A stretch of DNA of 64,000 nt from contig OX597823.1 of the NCBI GenBank assembly GCA_951406725.2, positions 27,342,001-27,406,000 of the forward strand. The letters run 5' to 3'. Each line of letters starts with the position of its first letter. Within the stretch, counting starts at the first letter, position 1. This document shows, one piece after another, positions 56,625 through 64,000 of this stretch. The stretch comes from Octopus vulgaris. Lineage: Eukaryota. The notes beneath the pieces were generated by a model. The model saw only the letters and a program-made list of their open reading frames with translations, was not told where the DNA came from and did no database searches. Both the position numbers and the translations under genes were made by a program.

Positions 56625-57930
56625 TTAGCTGTTGGACCTGGCGCTGCTCGTGTTTTCCGTGTTGAAGTTAAACCCACCTCTGACTTTGTATTGAAATCTT
56701 CTACGTTCCCCGTGCCAACTATTACCCATTAATATGTTATATCTAGTTCGGCAGGGATTTTACCCGATTAACGCTTTCGACATAATCCTACATACTGGAC
56801 CATCTGAAATCGCAGTCAAACTTTTGGGTGTACTTCGACCCGTTGAGAGTAATGTTTGTTTTTCTCCCCTTAATGCCACCCTCTGTACAAAATTGATCAG
56901 CATGTCCAATCTCATAAAAATCTGAAGAAAAGTGTTAGAAAAGAAACCATGTGACCTTTTACATGAAAATATCCCATTGACTTTTAAATCCCAATGCATT
57001 ATGTGAATAACCAACGTTTCATATGCTGAAGGGCTTAATTTTACTCATGGGTCAATTTTCTTCAAAATCAGTTCATTATTTCATTGAGAGTAAATTTTGA
57101 CTATTTCTGCCTTTTACCAGTTTAATTTTAATTCTACTACATAACTCCGACCATAAATTTTACCTAAATGTCAAATTTCATCAAAATCGGATGAATTCTG
57201 TAAAAGTTACAACATAAAATATTAATCCTATGGGCAATTGCATACAAAAGCCTACTGGTTTCTTAAAATCCCTCGCTCACGTGTAATTATCGATTTTATT
57301 TTGTCAACTCTTCATGCTGGCATCAACTAATGGACATGAACTGTAATCACGTGTAAACTTTCTACAAAATCGATAAGAGTGTCTTTAAGTAAATGCTTAT
57401 TTGCTTTTGTGCTCTTTTCAAGCCCTTTTGAACTAGATAAACACCTTTACTCTCTCCCGCATCACAAAATTTGCCTACATCTCAAATTTCAATAAATCGG
57501 ATAAAAAAATCTAAAAGTTACGGCCAAAAATAAAATTCCTATAGGTATTTGTACTCAAAAGCCTATTGATTTTATAAAACCACTGCTCAGGCGCAATTAT
57601 CGATTTTTTTTCAACCCCATATAATGATATCAACTCATGGCCATAAGCCACACTCACTCAAAATCGAGCAAAAAATGCAAAAGCTGCGGGAAAAATAACA
57701 TCGTTATGGGAATTGCCATACAAACACCCGATTGAGTTCACAAAAATCAATGCCAACTAAGCATTATAGAGTTTTCGAAAAGTTTCGGTCTTATTTGAAC
57801 TTCAGGGCATGAGATATACCTGTGTTCCAAACATCATTAAAATCGGTTGGACGGTGTGGGAGGAGTCAGAATAACCCCAAACACACCCTGAGACAGACAT
57901 TATTACACATTTATTTATGTACGTATATAT
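56625..57930 (-). mobile_element. Helitron-like element with internal diverged sub-repeats
   Basis: Reverse-complement 3' end CGAGCAGCGCCAGGTCCAACAGCTAA|T resembles the 52857 end; repeated AAATTTCA..AAATCGGAT...AAAAGTTAC blocks. Confidence 0.55.
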
Positions 57931-58973
57931 ATATATATCAACCTTATATGTAAATGCACTCAATATCAGCAGAGATAACATCTAGATCAAGAATTATGAC
58001 ATATCATTAAAATAAAGTCTGATTGTTCACTAATACATAGAACTAATTTACGCTTTGCGCACGTTCCATTCCATATAATGACATTTACTTTGAGTTTTTT
58101 GAGTTATCACGGCAGACTTTTAATGAGTATGAGTATAGAATTATCATCCAGCTGTCCATATTATATCTTTTACAAATTATGCCTCTGTGTGTGCGCGCGT
58201 CTGTGTGTGTGAGAGAGAGAGAGTATTGTCGGTGTTTCTTCGGTAATTGCTATGAGATATAACTGAAGAAAGCTAATTAAACAGTTAGAGTTATGTGAAC
58301 TAATAGTGCCTGTCATTTGTCCTCAGCTACGTCAATATTTCTCAACTTTTATACCCTTTGAGACATGGCAAACCTTAAAAGAACTCTACATAAAAAGTCA
58401 CTATATCATCATTATTAATATTTTTCTTTATTTATCCTAAAGTAAATTTCTTAAGATACTACTAAATCATAAAACTGTCTTTGAAAAGTTAAGGTCATAA
58501 ACATACATTAAGCGTCACAAAGAACGTTTAAAATATGTCGTCTCAAACAAAGCGCCAAAATATTGTATTTTCCCGGGGACTGGGGTATCTCCTTATCATC
58601 TAAAGATTTCAGGTTTTCGCTATATTCCTTAGGGAACATACTGTGCATGTAGAAATAATCACGAATATTGGATTAGACACAAAAGTAATAAAAAGACTTA
58701 GTTATCACTATTTTTCCCGGAACGCCTAGCGACCTCTGGTGCGGGCCTAGGGTAGACAAACGCTGAACTAGAATTATGACGTTTTTATCCATTTTTATAT
58801 CAGCACCAAAATCTTTACGGATTGTTTAAACCTGTACAGAGAGCAATTACTGAATATTAATATTAATACCTTTCTTTCTCTATCACAATTCTTTTGAATG
58901 TGAATATCATTGCGTTTTCGACACTATTCAATAAACACAACACAGTTACACTGTGCGTTCATTCTGTCATATA

Positions 58974-59353
58974 CACTTGCGTCAGAAATTAATTAGCACT
59001 TCTCAAATTTCTACATTAAATAGGTTAAATCAATTAACCTATGAGCTGTTCAAAACGTCTTACGCGATGAGAAAACTTAGTATGGTGTGATTTCGGTCCT
59101 TGCGAGGCGCTACCTATATCTATTAAACAAAGGAAGATTTGTCTGCATCCGCACTCCAAGTTGTTGTTGCCCTGCTATGTCAACATCATAAGGCTGTAGA
59201 CTCTCAAACTGCTCTGCAAACAAAGTTACGTCATCGTTCTGCGCAACAGTGAACTCGCAACAAAGCAATAGTTCGAGATATGGCCACTAGGTGACAGCAC
59301 ATACCTTGAGTGAAGAGCAAATCAAGGGTGCTAATTAATTTCTGACGGTAGTG
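58974..59353. mobile_element. Tc1-like MITE, 380 bp
   Basis: TA|CACTTGCGTCAGAAATTAATTAGCAC ... GTGCTAATTAATTTCTGACGGTAGTG|TA. Confidence 0.85.
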
Positions 59354-59923
59354 TATATTGATATTCATTTGAAGATGTGACTTACATCTCACAAAAGACT
59401 ATAGCCGTCGCTCAGGAGCAGGTTAACTTGGCGTAAGTTAACTTGGGAGCATGTCCCTGATTTTCGCTGAGTATTTTAGATGCCTATGTAGTCATGAAAA
59501 CACACGGACACTTTTGGTTATCCCATCGCTGAACCAGTGCAAAATTCAGGATGTCGTGTGTGAAATGAAGGAGGGTTGCACCAGCTTTTGTCTAGGTCTC
59601 ATTGGACCTGCGTAAATTTCAGCAATGTCTAGGAATCGAACCTCTAGCTTAATGATCATAAGCTGAATATTTCAATCCCTACGCATCACGCATCGTGGCT
59701 CATAAGAAGTTATTAATGACTGAGTGTTCACGCGCACGCGTGCATGTGTGCGTGTTTGTACGCGTGTGTGTCTCAGTATCTAGCTTCTATTCTATGCATG
59801 TGTGTATGTATGTATGTGCATATGTATACATACACACACATAAATATATATATATACATATATAAATAATTTCTTAAAATTAATATAGGGTATGAAAAAT
59901 TATAGAATGTTTTTCCTTTACCA

Positions 59924-60330
59924 TAAGCGAAGGAGTGGCTGTGTGGTAAGTAGCTTGCTTACCAACCACATGGTTCCGAGTTCAGTCCCACTGCGTGGCA
60001 CATTGGTCAAGTATCTTCTACTATAGCCTCGAACCGACTAAAGCCTTGTGAATGGATTTGGTAGACGGAAACTGAAAGAAGCCCGTCGTATATATATATA
60101 TGTATATGTGCGTATAAGTTTGTGTGTATGTATTTGTACCCCAACATCATTTGACAACCGATGCTGGTGTGTTTACATTCCCGTAACTTAGCAGTTCGGC
60201 AAAAGAGACCGACAGAATAAGTACTAGGCTTACAAAGGATAAGTCCTGGGGCGATTTGCTCGATCGACTAAAGGCGGTGCTCCAGCATGGCCACAGTCAA
60301 ATGACTGAAGCAAGTAAAAGAGTAAAAGAG
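59924..60330 (+). mobile_element. SINE family A, full length (tRNA-derived head, CORE-like segment), 5-bp TSD TACCA
   Basis: TGGCTGTGTGG A-box, GAGTTCAGTCCC B-box, (GTAAAAGA)n tail; TACCA at 59919-59923 and 60331-60335. Confidence 0.9.
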
Positions 60331-60524
60331 TACCAGTGGCCTAGCATGTATACGAAGTCAATAGACAAATTTTCCATATAAGAATTAGTGTACATTTAAA
60401 CACAAAAGAGGTGAGCCTTAACAGATCGCCTTACATACTTGAAGGAACAGTCAATAAGTCCAAACCACAGTTAAGAGCAATTTCGAAGGGAATGAAAAAT
60501 ATAAACATTTACCACGTTTGACAG

Positions 60525-60592
60525 CTGGACCTTAGGTTTCGAAATTTAATTAGCAAGTATAATAATTTGCAAGGCGAAGTTCTCCTCAACGG
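60525..60592 (-). ncRNA. Decayed type I hammerhead motif
   Basis: Reverse complement CCG-TTGAGGA-GAA...TTC-GAAAC-CTAAG-GTC-CAG. Confidence 0.5.
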
Positions 60593-60979
60593 GTACGCCA
60601 AACATTAACATATAAATTAGAGACAAAATAACACCTGTCTTATCTTTACATACAATTTTTCAAATCCACCGCGCAAGCGGTTTCAGGCGACAACAAATAA
60701 AAATTCCGATTAAACTTCAGAAATTGCTAAAATCATTTCTTAAAATATACGGTAGGGAAAATTATAGAAATTCTTTTCTTTACCAGTGGCCTAGCATGCA
60801 TACAAAGTCAATAGAAATATATTTTATATAAAAACTCAAAAGAGGTGATCCATTCGAAATTGCTCTGAACTGTGGTTTGTACTTCCTTCTAGTATGTAAA
60901 GTGATCTTTTAAGGCTCACCTCTTTTGTGTTTAAATGTACACTCATTTTTACATATATAAATATATAGGTATAGATAGA

Positions 60980-61416
60980 TTACTTAGATAAATTTCGGTC
61001 GAAGTTGGCCCAGTCCATGTCTAATTTAATAGCACCACCTGGAAGAGATGCGCATTCAGCTCTTGGGCACCATAGCCCATTCGAGCAGACATATCCGAGT
61101 GGGGGTGGTTTGTCTGGTATTTGTTGGGAGTAATCATCTAGGGACCGTTTGAATGACGTGAAATCACTTTCCTCATTCATGTGAGCTGGCACGATGTTGA
61201 AGAGAGCAAGGCCAGTTGAGGTGAAATAGCTCAGTCGTAGTATTGTGATACGACACGAACATGATTTCTGTAGTGGACGTATCGCACGGGGTCGAAGCCT
61301 AGGGTGAATTTTAAATTTGAAACCTATAACACTTGGGTAGTTTTGATGGAATATTTACCACATCATACAGATGATATGGAGCTAACGGCAGCGTCGGAGG
61401 GAGGAAAGCCTGAGCG
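60980..61416 (-). pseudogene. CR1-group-like LINE 3' fragment
   Basis: LRLSSLRRCR...LALFNIVPAHM..FTSFKRSLDDYSQQIPDKP resembles the SLERRR..LFN.LP..FK..LD..IPD.P C-terminus. Confidence 0.7.
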
Positions 61417-61464
<48 letters not shown>

Positions 61465-61713
61465 ATAGATGAATAGCCTTCGCGTAAGCCATTGGTTCGT
61501 TTTGTTCTCTTACTTTATTATCATCTTATAATCATCTCATAATAATGACCTTTATGACTCGTATTACTACCTCAGTCAATCTAAATGTATATATTTGTCA
61601 CTACCTGTCATAAATAGCCTTTTTCTATTTGCAATATGCATTTTCGTTGATTTTTCATATTTTGCCCTTACATATCCACGTGTATTTTATATTTTCTTTT
61701 CGTAACATATTTC

Positions 61714-61763
<50 letters not shown>

Positions 61764-62089
61764 CGTTTTTGGAATTGCTTTGCAAGATTCTTTATGTGAG
61801 TTCGTGCATATACCTTATTTTCATTAACCAAGCGACTGCCGAAGTATATCGGCAATGTAAAGGCAATTCAAAAGAAAGAAAATGATAGTATGAGCGAAGT
61901 CCTTTGCAATGCATGTTCTACACTGAATCAAAAACTCTCCCTTGTTACTCAGACCTCAGTTAAACAGTGACTCCCTTTTTTGTTGGACAGTTAAACATTT
62001 GTTGGTTAACCGTTGGTCAGTTACTACGCTATTGCTTATCAATTATGATAACACGCATACCACACATATGTAGATATATATGCGTATAT

Positions 62090-62240
62090 ACCGTAAATCA
62101 TCGAGTGTAGTCCGCCTTTGAGTATAATACGCAGGGGATTTTTAGGGGACTGTACCTCTGAAAAACCTAAACCGTGTGTATAATACGCCCCCCCCTCTTC
62201 TCTAACTTGAGTCAAGGAGGTCTATATAACGTCCTTGGTT
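62090..62240 (+). mobile_element. Probable DNA transposon terminus (pogo/Tc2-like), one end only
   Basis: TA|CCGTAAATCATCGAGTGTAGTCCGC...GAGTATAATACGC with repeated GTATAATACGC. Confidence 0.45.
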
Positions 62241-62454
62241 TGTAAAAATGTATAGAGTAACGTCCATTATTATTGCCTTCTTGGCTTCTTTATCTTTGGC
62301 ATCTGTTTAATTTCATCTTTATTTCTTCTCCTTAACCTGACATTGCGTTTGTCAACATCAAATTTTCTTCCGGCGGCCCTGTTACCATGCTCTTCAGCAT
62401 ATGATATAACTTCAAGTTATAGCTGAATAAGATCTACGAGGCATTTTATGGGCA

Positions 62455-63080
62455 TGTAATGTATAAAATTTCGTTTTTGGATTTGGTTTGCAAGATTGTT
62501 TATATGAGTTCATGTTTTGAAGCATATTCTGTTGTGTCTGGGGAGAGTCATTTTCTTTTTGTGCCTTGTAATGTAACACACTCATCGGTAAAATTTGCAC
62601 TTATTTCTTATTTTTGTTTTCCTAAACTTTTCGTTGCGTCTTGCAACCTTTTCAATAGTCTTGACTCTGCCCGTTATTTACACTGTGTGTATATATGGAC
62701 CATATATACACACACTTTACTCCATACAAGGACACATATGGAGACACGGGTCCACACATATAGAGATGCACATCCATACATACAAGCATGGTACATAGTT
62801 ACAAAACACACACGCACAGACATGCACACACGAGGAGACAGGGAGGCATACATATACAAACACAAGTTCACATACACATACACACACATTGACTCACACA
62901 CATGCGCACAAACAAAAAGGAACGCAGTGTAAATAACGGACAGAGTCAAGACTATTGAAAAGGTTGTAAGATGCAACGAAAATTTTAGGAAAATAAAAAT
63001 AAGAAATAAGTGGAAATTTTATCGGTGAGTGTGTTAAATTCTAAGGCACAAAAAAAAAAATGACTCTCCCCAGACACAAC

Positions 63081-63081
<1 letters not shown>
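62455..63081 (-). mobile_element. Fold-back element (arms 62530-62685 / 62925-63081, left tail) with U3A8 hammerhead motifs
   Basis: TGTTGTGTCTGGGGAGAGTCA / TGACTCTCCCCAGACACAACA; tail also present at 61760-61805. Confidence 0.85.
62952..62988 (+). ncRNA. Minimal type I hammerhead, U3-A8 variant; mirror at 62622-62658
   Basis: CTA-TTGAAAA-G-GTTGT.AAGAT.GCAAC-GAAAATT-T-TAG; mirror has stem II GTTGC/GCAAC. Confidence 0.6.
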
Positions 63082-63120
<39 letters not shown>

Positions 63121-63184
63121 TGATAGATACAACTGAGTGGGCAAACAAAAATATGAGAGACTGTGTAATGCTTTTTTATATTTT

Positions 63185-63490
63185 GATAAGCCTGGTACTT
63201 ATTCTATCAGTTTCTTCTTGTGAAACCAGTAAGTTATGGGGATGTAAATAAACGAACACCAGTTGTGAAGCAGTGATGAGGAAGAAACACAAAGACACAC
63301 ACATAGACTTACATATATACATACATATACATACAATTGATTTCTTTCAGTTTCTGTCTACAAAATCCACTGACAAGGATTTGGTTGGTCTGAGGCTATA
63401 GCAGAAGACATATGCCAAGTTATCACACGGTGGAATTGAACTGAGGTTTTGGAACCAAGTTTGGTACCACACAGCCACACCTGCACCTAT
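63185..63490 (-). mobile_element. SINE family A, degenerate
   Basis: TTCTTTCAGTTTCTGTCTACAAAATCCAC...GGCTATAGCAGAAGACA...CCACACAGCCACACCTGC. Confidence 0.75.
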
Positions 63491-63678
63491 GTATGTGAGT
63501 GTGTGTGGGGGGGGGTGTATTTGTGTATATATATATGCATGTATATATGTGTATATATATGGGTACATATTACATGTACATCTATATATACACATCTAGA
63601 CATACATGCATACATATACATGTATATCTATAGAAATACATCTATACATATACATGTATACATATACATCTATATATA

Positions 63679-63727
<49 letters not shown>

Positions 63728-63774
63728 CATCCATATACATACAATAGAGAGATGCTTTTGTTTCACTTTTTACA

Positions 63775-63959
63775 CGTAATACTGAAATAGGGGAGAAGAT
63801 GTGATATTGTGTTAAAAATTGTTTTTGCCCATGACACTCCATGGACTCTAAGTAAGGCATGTGTTTAAATTTGAATGAAATTGGTTGTATAGTTCTCAAG
63901 TTTTAGGGATTCACACAGACAGACAGACATACACACATTCTCAGTTTTATATATATAGA
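63775..63959 (-). mobile_element. Helitron-like 5' end
   Basis: Reverse complement A|TCTATATATATAAAACTGAGAATGTGTGTATGTCTGTCTG. Confidence 0.55.
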
Positions 63960-64000
63960 TATATAGATATATGTGTGTATGTATATATATAGAGAGAGTG

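Larger units (their letters stand above)
59865..60960 (-). mobile_element. PLE-like non-coding element with direct and inverted repeats, interrupted by a SINE
   Basis: Direct repeat 59870-59923 + 60331-60410 vs 60735-60848; IR 60376-60487 / 60853-60957; decayed hammerhead 60525-60592. Confidence 0.65.

Overview
AT-rich, repeat-saturated eukaryotic DNA. The SINE families and (TA)n/(TAGA)n/(TACA)n density match my recollection of an octopod cephalopod genome (inference, not searched). I recognise no host gene, and almost all listed ORFs are microsatellite artefacts. The window holds four tRNA-derived SINE families, decayed LINEs (RTE, R4/Dong-like, CR1-like), Tc1/mariner elements and MITEs, Helitron-like elements, a fold-back element with internal telomeric repeats, and a 100-N gap. 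The main signal is a dense set of fold-back elements, mostly lodged in (TA)n tracts. Two enclose Penelope-like (PLE) GIY-YIG endonuclease coding sequence and the others are non-coding. Many carry type I hammerhead ribozyme motifs: canonical ones, minimal ones with a palindromic stem III, and a recurrent U3-A8 core variant (UUGANAA). One arm carries an extra tail whose side agrees with ORF polarity in both coding copies. All motifs were read by eye; boundaries of decayed elements are approximate.
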